DNA of 64,000 nucleotides from Adineta vaga (lineage: Eukaryota > Animalia > Rotifera). A program made the translations under genes and the position numbers. The notes under the pieces are model-generated. The model saw nothing but the letters and a program-made list of their open reading frames with translations. It was not told the origin of the DNA and ran no database searches. Shown here one piece after another: positions 1 through 12,122 of this stretch. Where the stretch lies: the NCBI GenBank assembly GCA_021613535.1, contig CP075492.1:1302001-1366000 (forward strand), given 5' to 3'. Numbering within the stretch: position 1 is the first letter of the stretch; every line of letters begins with the position of its first letter.

Positions 1-313
1 AGCTGATGTACATTAGTGACAGAAAGAAAAAGTGGGTAAATGACTAACAATTTTTTTCATTTATCATTATAGAAAATTTCTACAGATCAAAAGTGAACAT
101 CAAGACTCAACTCTGTAGTACTTATTCTCATATATATTTATATAACATAAAACTATAAAAAAAAATTGTTTTCCTAAACTGGCGAAACCATTTGTGATAC
201 TTTCACTATATTAGTTCATCCTATAAACTATGTTGAATGAATACATAATTTGAAGCGTTCTTCTTTAACGATGTTAAAATAAGGAGTTAATGTTACATAG
301 CTCAATTTCATAC

Positions 314-1943
314 CTGTCATATTAAGTTGATTACAACGGAATAGTCCTGGACCATATGCAATAAGTGAAAATGTGCCCTTCTCGAATTGATATACTGTTG
401 TTACAACCACAATGTATGTCTCTGTAGACTGAAGAAAATATGCGAATCCAAAGTCACCATATTTATCGCTGTCATCATTTTGAAGAATTAAATTTTGAGA
501 AGGAAACAAAGGATCAAAAGTGCCATTGTACAAATATCCATAGGTATCCATATCACTGTTCCACGAAGAAATACTATAGTTTCCACTTGTTGATGTATTA
601 ATTTGTATAGCTTGATAATAATAGACTGATCCTGAACAAACATCTGCACGACAATACATTGGACTAGAATATGTCAACGATGATGAATAAATTGATTGTA
701 CTATCGGTAGACCTAGTTAGAGAAAGTAAATGTGTCGTTAATTCTATCGATAACCTATGTATTTTAATTTGGTTCTATCAAATAATAGAGATGAAAGACA
801 AAATAGCAATCATTCACTCAATAGTTATTTTTTCTATGTAGTTGAAAGTATTGAATAAATATATAATTTCGAACGTTTTTCTTCAACAATTTCACTTTTT
901 CATGCAGCGAATTAGCCTTAGATAGCTCAAGTTCTTACCCGTTATATTTAGTTGATTATAACGAATTAGCCCAGGACCATATGCAATAAGTGAAAATGTG
1001 CCTTTCTCAAACTGAGACACGGTTGTTACAACTACAATATATGTTCCTGTGAACTGAAGAAAATATCCAAATCCAAACTGATTATTTGTAGCGCCGTCGT
1101 CGTTCTGAAGAATTAAATTTTGAGAAGGAAACAAAGGATCGAAAGTGCCATTGTACAAATATCCATAGGTATCCATATCATTGTTCCATGAGGAAATACT
1201 ATAATATCCACTTGTCGATGCATTAATCTGAATAGCTTGATAATGATAGACTGATCCTGAACAAACATCTGCACGACAATACATTGAACTAGAATATGTC
1301 AACGATGATGAATAGGTCGATTGTATTCTTGGAGAACCTAAGCAAAGAAAATAAAAGAACAGAACACAAGGAATATGAGCTTTTACTCAATCTTTTGTAT
1401 TTATCTCTGCATATTTCCATAAACAAGAATTTAAAAAATAAAACTTCTATTTTCAGAATATTATTCTTAGTATTCTCGCTCAAAACTCACAAGATCATCT
1501 GTTATCGTTCCACTAAATTAATCTTACATAAGTCAAGTTCTTACCTGTAATATTTAGTTGATAATAATTAATTAATGCTGGACCAATTCCGAATAGCCAG
1601 TATGCTCCTGACACATATGTTTCATCTGTGGTCACAATGACAATATATGTTTCTGTAGACCGAAAAAAATGACTCAATCCGAATTGCCCTGTTGCAGGAC
1701 CTTCGTTACTCTCAAGAATTAAGTTTTGAGAAGGGAACAAAGGATCGAAAATGGCATTGTACAGATAGCCATATGTGTTCACACTACCACCCGATACAAT
1801 ACTGTAATTTCCACTTGTTGTTACATTGATAAGTAAAGCTTGATAATAATAGAGTGATTCAGAACAAAAAACTTTACGACAGTACGCTGAACTACGTGAA
1901 GTTAGAGCTGATGCGTAGGTTGAATACACTACTGAAGAATTGC
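314..1943 (-). repeat. Three tandem 399-nt phase-1 exons (1545-1943, 939-1337, 314-712), each encoding one PPC-like domain
   Basis: Identical lengths and phases from the splice sites. The last two exons encode near-identical peptides (YCRADVCSGSVY..DMDTYGYLYNGTFDPLFPSQNLILQNDD). Confidence 0.85.
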
Positions 1944-4900
1944 CTGTCAAAAATACAATAAATAATGAGAGTTTTAATCTGTATTGGTCTCTTTCTAAAT
2001 ATGAATTGGATCATTTTTATGTTGGTTAAGACCTTAGTACATGAATGTGAACAATCTATACGAAAGTTTAACTACTCTGATTATTACAAAAGAATCTGAT
2101 ATAAAAATTTATATTCCTATCGTAAATTGATAATGAAAAGACAGTATTAATACTACTAACTTTCATCTTGTGTCGCAATAGTATTTGTTACATTGTAAAA
2201 TGGTACGGTCACATTAACAGTTATATTAGAGACATCATCTATACAAACAGTCAATCAGATAAAATGTATAAAACTCATTTCGATAGTATACTTATTGTTC
2301 TCGTTTGTTTATTCTTTTGTTGAATATAGTAAACACTTGAAATGATAAAAAGTATTGCAACAAGTGTAAATAATACTAAACCCAACCCACAATAACACAA
2401 TGATGTCCAAAATGAAATTATCCTAGCAAAAAAAAGCATTAATTTCCTATGATGATATGTCAATAAAATAGAAAAGTTATACGGATGTTTTGGAGTAATT
2501 GGTGTTGCTTTCAATGAAGTTGTTGTCTGAACATTGGATATAGGGCCAACTGGATGTCTTCGCTTATTCTTTCGACATTGATATATTTTAGTCATTAAAT
2601 AAATCATTTTTGGACATATCCATTTGAGAATGAGTGAAAGACCACCATAAAGACCAAGAAGATACGTAATTGTATAAAATGAATCAAGTTGTTGTTCATA
2701 CGTATATGAACATAATATAGGTGAACATAAATCGAAATATGATGAATAATTTATTATTGTTGACCATGTTTCAACAAATAATTCATTGACAAGATCAGCA
2801 ACTACAATATTTGCTGGAAAACGACTAAGATTTGTATTCAAAGGATTAGAAATATTGCTTATACTACTACTACTATAGTTTGTCATTTTATAAATGAGAT
2901 TAATACATGATAAATTATAGAAACATTCGAGAGTTGATGCTAGAAATGATTCACTTGGTGTACAACCCATTTTGAATCCATTAATTGAAACAGCTTTTGA
3001 TGAGTTTGCTTCGATGAAACTAGCTTGTACAGTACACGTTGTATTCAATCCACATGAACAATTATTATCATACTTTACTGCTTTGGTGTAACAAACGACC
3101 TTAGCAAAAGTATTATACGAAGGAATAATATAGTGAAAGTTTGTTCCATATGTTGAAACAAATGCATTTCCACGATTTACAGATCGTAATAGAAAGAGAA
3201 GACGAGCAAGAGTTAAAGGAGCATTTGATTTAGTTTTAGTAATCATAGATTCAATATGTGAGACAAATAAGGCTTTTGACAGAAGTTGATTGGTGATGAA
3301 AAGTGAAGAAATACTTTGTTGAATAGAATATTGAACTGATTGATTAGAAAGTTGACATAATTGAGTGAGAAATTGTAAATGAGCTGAGAGAAAACGACGA
3401 TAATCTCTTTGTTCATAAAGAAGTAAATCAAAATTGAGATCTTTTGTAAGACTGATTCGCCATTCATTTGAACTAAAATGACTTGAACAAATCTATTAAT
3501 AATAAGTAAAAGATTTATGTTAGTAAAAAAACTTTCTTTTGTTATTAAAATTTTACTTGATGAAATATTGGTTTAATTGTAACATAGTTTTTGTATTCTG
3601 ATGAAATTCTTGAACAAGGACATTGAATTTGATTTCCATGTTTTTCGATAAGGCTATTGTAGATATCAACAGTTGGATTAATAAATGTTTTCGTCAATGC
3701 TTGAGGTTGAACAATTGTGTAGAGAGTGATGATGACAAAACTGATAATGAGAATGACAAGGTAAACACGAGTAGATAATTGACTTAAATGTTTTGCTGTT
3801 GTTCGATCGGCATTACTTCCAAAGGTCCATGGTGGAAATAAATTTAGATTCTTCAGTTTAGTAAATAAAAACATGATCAATTCTTTCAGTTTAGGTTTTA
3901 ATTGATCGAACAATTTTTGACGTTCTATATATAAAAGAATATACTGTTATTCTTAAAAACAAATCAATAGATTAATGAAAGAAATTGTTCAAAATTACCT
4001 CGTTGTTGATTTTTCACTCTTGGTTGTAATAGACGAAAGATCAATTTGATAAGTAAAGGTGTGATAAGACGTAACACAACAATTAAACCACCAATCATAG
4101 AAATTAAGGCTATTATAATTTCAATAAAACTTTTGCCATATTTTGTATCAGAATAAGTACAATAACTTGGTGAACATGCATCATAATAATTATTAAATAA
4201 GAATAATGAATTCCATTGTTCAATCATCATTTCTTTCAATATCAATGAAAGTGAAGCATTTGAAATAAAACGAGTTGATGTTTTATGATAAACTAATGGA
4301 TGAACATTAATCCATGGTGTTTTTGTGGATGAATCCAATTGATTTAAATTGTATAATATGACCGGCATACAATCGAAACCCGAAAAGAAGCATTCGAGTG
4401 TTGATACGAGAAGTGATTCAGTAGTAAAACATCTTTTAAATATGCCTGGTGGCATATATCTACCAATGCTGGGCAAAGGATTGTTAGATGATTGAGCTAA
4501 GATATTTAATTTATCAACATTTCTAATAAGCAATGGTCTTTGACATTGAGTATCAATAGCACAAACACAAATTGGAGATGTTAAATCATCGTTAAGTAAT
4601 GTATTCAATTGAAATTTAGTCTATATGAAAAACAAAACATATTTTTTAATGTAGATAGAAGATATTTAGTAGAAAATCTTTGTATTTTTAGAGAGAAAAA
4701 AAATTGACATACTTGATTTCCATCTTGATTAGTATTAGTATTTGTAAAATATGTTGGGACTATTTGTTTATAATCTCCTGTTGTAAATGTTGTCAAAGGT
4801 TGATCTATTTGCATAAAAGTACGCATTGCATCAATTAAAAGACTAAAACTGATGTTTATTGATTGTGTAAACTGTATAATAGTAGCATTTAATTGAGCAT

Positions 4901-7386
4901 CGAAATCGGATTCAATAAGTACATGTGATGTAGCGAAAGTTTGCGTCAAAAAACGACGAATGTCTTCATCAACTGTTTGCTTAATTAATTGACAGAGAGA
5001 TAATAACATTTGAAAATATCGACCAGCTTCGATCACCCATGTGTTTTCAGGATGAAAAGTTCCTATATCTATAATAAATGAAATCCATGACTCACCAACT
5101 AAATCACTTGAGCAGATTTGATGAAAAGTAGGTGATAATGAAGTAAATGTTTTATATGGCATTGCCATATTTGAACAAGGACATTTTAATGTGTTCATGT
5201 GTATTGTTTGTAAATTCTTGTAAGTACTTAATGATGGATTATACTTGACCATTGTAATTGTTTGAGTTTTCAATGAATGATAGAAAATAACAGTGAGAAT
5301 AAAACCTAAAACAAAATAAAAGATGATCCGAAAAATCTCGCTACTTGATGAAAACAGTGTTGTATATCTAACTAGATTCTTCTATGCTCGAATATAATAT
5401 TAAAGAATTATTTTGAAAAAAATCTTACATATAAAGAGAATCAAATAGAGGCGCGTAGTAATACGTTGTTGTTTAATATCATCTACTGTTCGATTAGTAG
5501 CTGATTTAAATAGGTTCAACTGTTTTGTCCATTTGCCCAATTTACAAATATATGCTAAGCATTGTTCTATTAAACAAACAGAGTACGTATCACATTTAGG
5601 AAAATATTAAACTTATTATGTTCAATACATACTACGATTAATATTTATCTTTGAAGAACGACCTTTGATTATTAATACTGAATTGATTAGAAAAGGTGCA
5701 ATGAATCGAAGTATAGAAGTTAAACCACCGTAAAGACTAATTAAAAGAGTGATTGTATAAGAAAAATTAATTTCATCTGTTGTAGTATATATGCAAAATG
5801 AAGGATCACATTGATTAAAATAATCCATATAATTGACTTCTGTTAGTCGCTCTGCGATAAAAAGATGATTGATTAAATCCTTCACAGAAATATTTCGTCG
5901 TTCTGTAGGTGGAAGTGTCTTATTCCATAAGTAATTTGTCTATAGAAGAGGACAATTATTTTTTGTAAATATATAAAATTATATGATACGTACATGATTA
6001 AGACGTGGAAAGTACGCAGACAAAATTTTGAGACATCCCAGTTTGTATAAACAATCGAGAGTACTTGCAAGAAGAGCATCAAGTGGAGTACATCCCCCAA
6101 AAAATCCATCAACCATTAGCAACGCAAATGGTGTCCAGGAAAGTGGAATGTTAAACCAAGTTGCATGAATCTCTCTGTCTTGAGGATTTGGTATTGGAAA
6201 AAAACCAGCTCGAGCAGTTGGGTTTCTGTAAGCGCAAGATGAACTGTATAAGGTATCGTTAGGATTCAATGCTATGTTCAAATAATATGTAGAATTTATC
6301 AGTATTTGAGGAGGATTATCCAAACTTGTTAAATCATGGAAAATAACCAATGCATTTGTATTCAGAGACGAAACTAAAGTATTTGATTGATATAATACTT
6401 GCAGAAAATTTAAAATTGAAGTGACTTTCGATAGTGCCATCGTAAATATGAAATCAACACTTGCTTTAACTTGAGATTGAATGTCTTCTACTTCAAGCAG
6501 TTGCACAGTGACTAATTCTTGATTGTCAACATCTTGTATTGCTTGAGAAACTGCATCTTTCGATGCTGTACATAAAGCAGCTAGTAGATCAAACTAGAAA
6601 TAAGAACAGATATTTTACAGGCGATCTGTCCCTAAGATATCTAAGAGAAAAAAGATATTGTTAAATATGTATTTTAGTTCTTCCTATCAATTCGTATTCA
6701 TTTTATATAGTACAAAAGGATCTGATACGATCGCGGTGTCATTCATAATTTTTTCTCAGAGCGAGTATTGACATAATGTCAGGAATTACAATGACTTCTG
6801 CAATCTTCTCTATGTAATCTGTGTTGAAAATATACTAACCTGAGATTTAGCTGTTGTTCGAAAATCTATCACTGTGTACTGACTTGCTTCTTCTATGTAA
6901 AGTGCTTCAATCCATTCTCTACTAACAAAAACACTTGAGCATACAGGATGAGATGATATATTATGTGTGACAAAGGTATTGTAGGTCATAGTAATTGTTG
7001 AACATGGACATGAAAGTGTTTCACCATGTTCAAGAGAAAGTTCTTCGAAGAGAGTTGAAGTGATATTTTGGATTGTCACTGTTCGACGTTGTGGGCTTAG
7101 TAACGCGATGAAGAACAATATGTAAAAAAATACTAGAAATAAAATCATAAAATAGAAAAACTAAAATCTTCTGCAACAAATGCATTTCGAACCAGCAGAG
7201 TAACAAAAGATTCAACATCAGTATATACTTACTTATTAGAAGAAAAACATAAAGCCAAGTCGTATATCGGTGTTGTTTAAGAACTGTTATCGGATCTTTT
7301 GGATGAGTGTCATCTTCATACTCATCTTCACTCGGTATGAAAAGATTGTAATTGTGAAGCCAATAAATTAGACGTCTCGCAATCAT
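314..7386 (-). CDS. Multi-exon membrane protein: three tandem TM-Cys-rich ectodomain-TM modules, an extra TM, then at least 3 PPC-like (DTYGYLY..NDD..F) extracellular domains; may continue beyond the window start
   Basis: ORFs 7030-7419, 6810-7148, 5979-6506, 5622-5885, 4605-5273, 3964-4608, 3545-3913, 2275-3246, 1513-1950, 892-1302 and 228-677 join in frame through GT-AG introns (e.g. 7133-7232). ATG at 7386. Module motifs CPCS, H(P/Q)xCSS, L(D/E)C, CxPxxCxY and L(Y/I)GG recur three times. Confidence 0.85.
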
Positions 7387-8190
7387 TGTGATACGGTTCT
7401 GATGACTCCGTTGCCACACACTTCAATGTATAATATTCAATAATTTGTTCAGTATTTGATATCCTTTTCGGTGTCGATTATAATTTACTTCTAAAATATT
7501 TAGAAGATTTCTGCAATAAAACTTACATGTATGGAGTGATAGCCCATTATCTTCTCTTTCAAAAAGAATAAGGATTTTTGAATACAAAATCACCTATTTT
7601 CTACCCTTGTTCTATCCAAGCTATTCGAACGATCAAAAGTTATGAAAATCTCAAATGCGATGAAACTGATTATACTGTAAATAGAGAAGTTTTTTAGATG
7701 ATGTTTCACGTCATTTACAAAACTCTGTTCATTGTAGTATATACTTTTGATAGTATCTGATACCTTATGGAGTGAATCAAGATCTTGACTATATGCGAAT
7801 ACATTTTTTGTCTACTTACATCACATTCGACTGCAAACTCAATATTATCAATGATAATTACTTTGAAAACTTTGAACAATACTGAATATTGTAGAAATAT
7901 CAAATGGAGGCGAAGAAATAGTAAATGAGAGAAAATTCAAACAAAGAAAAGGAAAGAGAAGTGAAGTGGCTATTATTTAGTGCTTAAAAAAACTGTTTGT
8001 CATGCCTAAATATTCATTTTCATAAGAGATAAAAAAATACGAAGATGTAAATATAAATATATATTATATGATTCTGCCAAGCGAGATGAAGAGTTTTTTT
8101 TTATAGAAGATATTACTTTTTTTTTAATGAATATTTTCATAGAAGTCAGGCTTCAGTATATTGTCATGATTTAAGAGAAAAAGTAATTAT

Positions 8191-8235
8191 TGGGTGATAG
8201 AGTGTTCAAAAAATGTAATACTAACACACCCTCAA
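8191..8235. repeat. Telomere-like palindromic element, degenerate copy
   Basis: TGGGTG...CACACCCTCAA. Confidence 0.55.
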
Positions 8236-8370
8236 ATTCTTATCGTACATGAATTGTACTTTTTTTTAAAATGACTATAGTTGTTACTAGCTGTTACTGA
8301 ATGAAATAAGTATAATACTCAATGCGAAGCGAATTGGCGACTGACTGCTCGTGTATTCTCTGATTTTGTA

Positions 8371-8433
8371 CTAGGGTGTGGGTGTGGCTCAAGCTATACT
8401 CTCAACCGACACCCACACCCACCCACACTCTAG
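8371..8433. repeat. Telomere-like palindromic element
   Basis: CTAGGGTGTGGGTGTGG...CACCCACACCCACCCACACTCTAG. Confidence 0.8.
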
Positions 8434-8861
8434 GAACAAGTTTAGTTTCATCGCTTCTTGATTTTCGCTCAAGAACCTCAACCAATTTACATACAGATAT
8501 TCGAAATGCATTAGCTGTTGTTGGGTATCCTGTGGTAGCGGACGAGGCACAAAAAACTAACGAAGACTCTATTCGACGCCAGCGAAAACGATGTTCAATT
8601 CGTCATTTTTGTAAAGATAAAAAAACTTCAAATCAATGTTATCCATGTTCAGAATTTGTTTGTAACGTGCATTCTATAAAGCGTATTTTTTATACTAACT
8701 GTTCCAAATAAAGAAAAATCATTATTTTGACAACTTTCTCTTATCGAGTAGGATATGACAATAGCATATTAAGGCGTAAACATTGATGCAAGAGTGAAAT
8801 AATCACGTTACAAAAGTGTATACTCTCAGTAAAGTGCTAAAAAGGCTTGGTACTACTAGGG
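8434..8861 (+). mobile_element. piggyBac 3' end relic (C-terminal Cys-rich domain plus terminus)
   Basis: Peptide RKRCSIRHFCKDKKTSNQCYPCSEFVCNVH resembles the piggyBac C-terminal Cys-rich domain. The sequence ends ...TAGGG followed by TTAA at 8862-8865. Confidence 0.75.
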
Positions 8862-9041
8862 TTAATATTCGTTGATTCTAATTGTAATTTAATTGAGTTT
8901 TCTTGTTTTGTTTCCAACTTTTTCTATTGATTAATTTTCATAAATAATTTTTAATAAGAAATCGTTTTGTCCATAAAAATACAAAGAGTGAAAAAGTTCA
9001 ACTAGTAAAACTCACATTTGGCGAAATTACAGAAAGCCATA

Positions 9042-9089
9042 TGGGTGTGGGTCCAATGCTCACAAATACACACACCGTCACCCTCCAGA
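9042..9089. repeat. Telomere-like palindromic element
   Basis: TGGGTGTGGG...CACACCGTCACCCTCCAGA, about 80 nt past the stop at 9168. Confidence 0.7.
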
Positions 9090-9167
9090 TTACTAAGGAA
9101 ATTCAAAGAACACAAACAGATTACCAAGAGATAACTCTTCAGAAAACATTATATTTTGGTGATATAT

Positions 9168-11525
9168 TCATTGTTGTCTATTTAAAAAAACTTCCAGTAA
9201 CTCGTTAAAATTGTGGAAATTACGATTAGAAGCTTCAAAAACACTTGAACCAATGTTGATTGCTTTTAAGATATGTTGTATAGCCTCTTCATTGAGTTGA
9301 AGTTTATCATAAATTATTGCTAGTAAGCTATGAATATTTGCTTCTTTGCGATAGTCAGAAGGAATAATTGTCTGCGCTATCTGGAGCGCTTTTTGAGTAT
9401 ACAGGAGTGCAGTTGAACTATTTCCCATGGAGTGATGTATCAACCCAAGGATCTGACAAGAGTCACTAAACTTGTCGTTATCAAAAGGAAAATTTTCTCG
9501 TTGTATTTGATGCTCCTTTTCATAATATAAAATCGCATCTGAATAATTCTTCATTAATAGATGCACCTGTCCGATATTGCGGTAAGAAGAAGCAATTCGA
9601 GAATGATTCGATGGAAAATATTTTTGATCTATTTTAAGTGCCGCCTGAAAGTGTAAAAGTGCCATTGAAAAATCTTCAGTTGATAGATATACCCATCCAA
9701 TATTGTTATGTAACTGTGCCTTTTCAGGATGATAATCTGGACGAGATCTATTTGCTATTTCCAGTGCCATTTTATAATAATGGCCTGCGATCGAATAATT
9801 TTTCATAAGATGATACGTCAATCCAATATTGTTGTATATAATGCCTGTAGAATGATGATTATGTGGAAGTATCTTCTGGCAGATATGTAGCGCCTTCTTA
9901 TAGTGTAGCAAAGCGGCTGAATAGTCTTGCATCGAACGATACAGCTCACCAATATTATCGTGTAAAACACCTTGATCGACATAATCATACAAAAGAGATT
10001 TATCCCATATTTCGAGTGCTTTCTCGTAATGTAAGCATGCAGCTGAATAATCTTTCATTACATAATACACCCTACCAATATTATTCAGAATTTGTGCTAC
10101 AGGTTGATCATTTGTCGAATAATTCTGTAAAATTTCAAGCGCATTTTGAAAATATGATAGTGCTCTATAATAATCACGAATTCCAATCATGACACTACCC
10201 AAATTAGATTGAACGGCAGCTTTTCGAACTGCATTATCACTGGGTAAATTATACAAAACGGCAGTGAAAACTTTTTCAGCTTGCTCAAATTCAGTCATTT
10301 GTGTCATTAGATAGCCCAATTGTTCCCATTTCGATCCACCTTCTATACTCTTGCGAGTATAGTCTGCCAATTGTTTTAATTGCTCATCATCATCTCTTGT
10401 GAGTATTAATTTTACTTCCCATAGTCGCTGCTCGATCTGTTTCAACTTATGGATACGAAAAATAGTGTGCATCGAAAATAGAATTTCACTTTCCGATGCG
10501 GAGAAATAACTGACATGGTCCAATGAGGCAAACGAAGTCTTAGCAATTGTAGGATCGATTTCGAGTTGAAATAAAATAGCGATTACTTCAGGGTTTTCAC
10601 GTGCACAATCAGCATACATAAATGCAACTTCTCGATCAAGACTAGTCGAGAGAAAACTATTGAATGAAATCAAACCACCTTCATTTTTTTGCAATTTAGT
10701 TAAGTCCACATTCGATATTCCTTGACCTCGGTAAAGAGTCAGACTACATGTATTGTTCGATTTTGTATGTATAAACGCGATTTCTTCTTCAAGAGCCTGT
10801 ACAAAAAAACTCATTTTCATAATAATCTCCATATCTTGAATTCGAAGTGCTTTGTTAAGCATTGGGTAAATGAAACAATCTCGTGTGTACCACCAAATAG
10901 GTGATGATTGATCAAAATCTTGTTCAAACTCATCAATTATTTTAAGTATTGAAAGATTGTCAGAATATTGAACTCTGCAGAACTCAATGAATTCCGTCTG
11001 ATCTTCTTTTTCATATTGCGTTGTAAGAATGATTTCTTTAAGTAATTGTGAGTACATAAATGTCGGATCCAGTTTATTTTTATCAGAATCAAATGATGAA
11101 GAAAGAATACTAATCGGCGTTAAATCAATGTTAGTCCGATGTATATCTCTACGGAGACAAGTACATAAACATTCAATATCCGTGTACATATCTCTCACTT
11201 TTGGATAATCTTTAATCCAGTATTCACTTGACGATATATTACTACAAAAAATATAGATTGCATGCAATTGTGGAACATTTTGAGTAATGGGTACGAGTTG
11301 TTGACCAAGGATATCAGGAACGATTAGAAATACTTTTTCATATTCTATATCAGTAATAAAATCAATGCATTGATCAGAATGAACAAAATTTTTAATCGAA
11401 TTTGCAACGCCCTGAAGAGAATCGATCAAACATTCGAAATTTGTATTACGATCAATCGTATCTGAATCGAGCCAGATGATAATAGAATTTCCCAATATGT
11501 ATTGTGACCGATACGCTAATGACAT
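9168..11525 (-). CDS. Receiver-like domain + R-S-E ADP-ribosyltransferase domain + TPR repeat protein
   Basis: Single ORF with first ATG at 11525. ART motifs LYRGQ, SFLSTS, ESEILF. About 8 C-terminal ~42-aa TPRs (NNIGxxY..ALxI). Confidence 0.88.
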   Translation of the reverse strand: MSLAYRSQYILGNSIIIWLDSDTIDRNTNFECLIDSLQGVANSIKNFVHSDQCIDFITDIEYEKVFLIVPDILGQQLVPITQNVPQLHAIYIFCSNISSSEYWIKDYPKVRDMYTDIECLCTCLRRDIHRTNIDLTPISILSSSFDSDKNKLDPTFMYSQLLKEIILTTQYEKEDQTEFIEFCRVQYSDNLSILKIIDEFEQDFDQSSPIWWYTRDCFIYPMLNKALRIQDMEIIMKMSFFVQALEEEIAFIHTKSNNTCSLTLYRGQGISNVDLTKLQKNEGGLISFNSFLSTSLDREVAFMYADCARENPEVIAILFQLEIDPTIAKTSFASLDHVSYFSASESEILFSMHTIFRIHKLKQIEQRLWEVKLILTRDDDEQLKQLADYTRKSIEGGSKWEQLGYLMTQMTEFEQAEKVFTAVLYNLPSDNAVRKAAVQSNLGSVMIGIRDYYRALSYFQNALEILQNYSTNDQPVAQILNNIGRVYYVMKDYSAACLHYEKALEIWDKSLLYDYVDQGVLHDNIGELYRSMQDYSAALLHYKKALHICQKILPHNHHSTGIIYNNIGLTYHLMKNYSIAGHYYKMALEIANRSRPDYHPEKAQLHNNIGWVYLSTEDFSMALLHFQAALKIDQKYFPSNHSRIASSYRNIGQVHLLMKNYSDAILYYEKEHQIQRENFPFDNDKFSDSCQILGLIHHSMGNSSTALLYTQKALQIAQTIIPSDYRKEANIHSLLAIIYDKLQLNEEAIQHILKAINIGSSVFEASNRNFHNFNELLEVFLNRQQ

Positions 11526-11737
11526 TCTTTTCTTTTTTGATATTTTCTGGATCGACTGATGGTTAAAAAGACGTCGTTTATACAATACCTATCTATATCA
11601 TCGAAATTTTGATAAGATTTGAGTTTTACTACGTGTGCAACAACATTATATTACCTTTTAAATTTTCTCTTATCTCTGCTGTCACGTGTTTTTTCGGACA
11701 ATATCATCGTTGCTTGCTCACTATAATTAAGGTTTCG

Positions 11738-11808
11738 ATGTGCGGGGATGAGTGTCAAACAATAGAATTGCCTGTACCCACTCACATCCACAACCTTCAC
11801 CTTCCTGA
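11738..11808. repeat. Telomere-like palindromic element, degenerate copy
   Basis: GGGGATGAGTGT...CCCACTCACATCCAC..CACCTTCCTGA. Confidence 0.55.
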
Positions 11809-12122
11809 AAAATCTGTGTTATAGGGTTGCAAAATTGATCTGATATTTTCGAATCAGTCCGATTGCTGGTTCCACTGCAAATCCAGTTATAGGTCTGAAG
11901 GTATGAAAACTACTTGTCTAGACTCGGCATGGAATGTAATATTTGTGATCACCAGCACATAATCTATCGAATGCTGTATAAAAAAGCGACATTTATTTTT
12001 ACTTCAAGCGTGCCCTATGTGCATCTTACAAAGCCTACACTTGCTCTCAAAAGATAAGTTTTTCAAAGCAACATTTATTTTTCAAAATATCAGATAAAAT
12101 CGAGTTAACTTTCTTTATGCTT

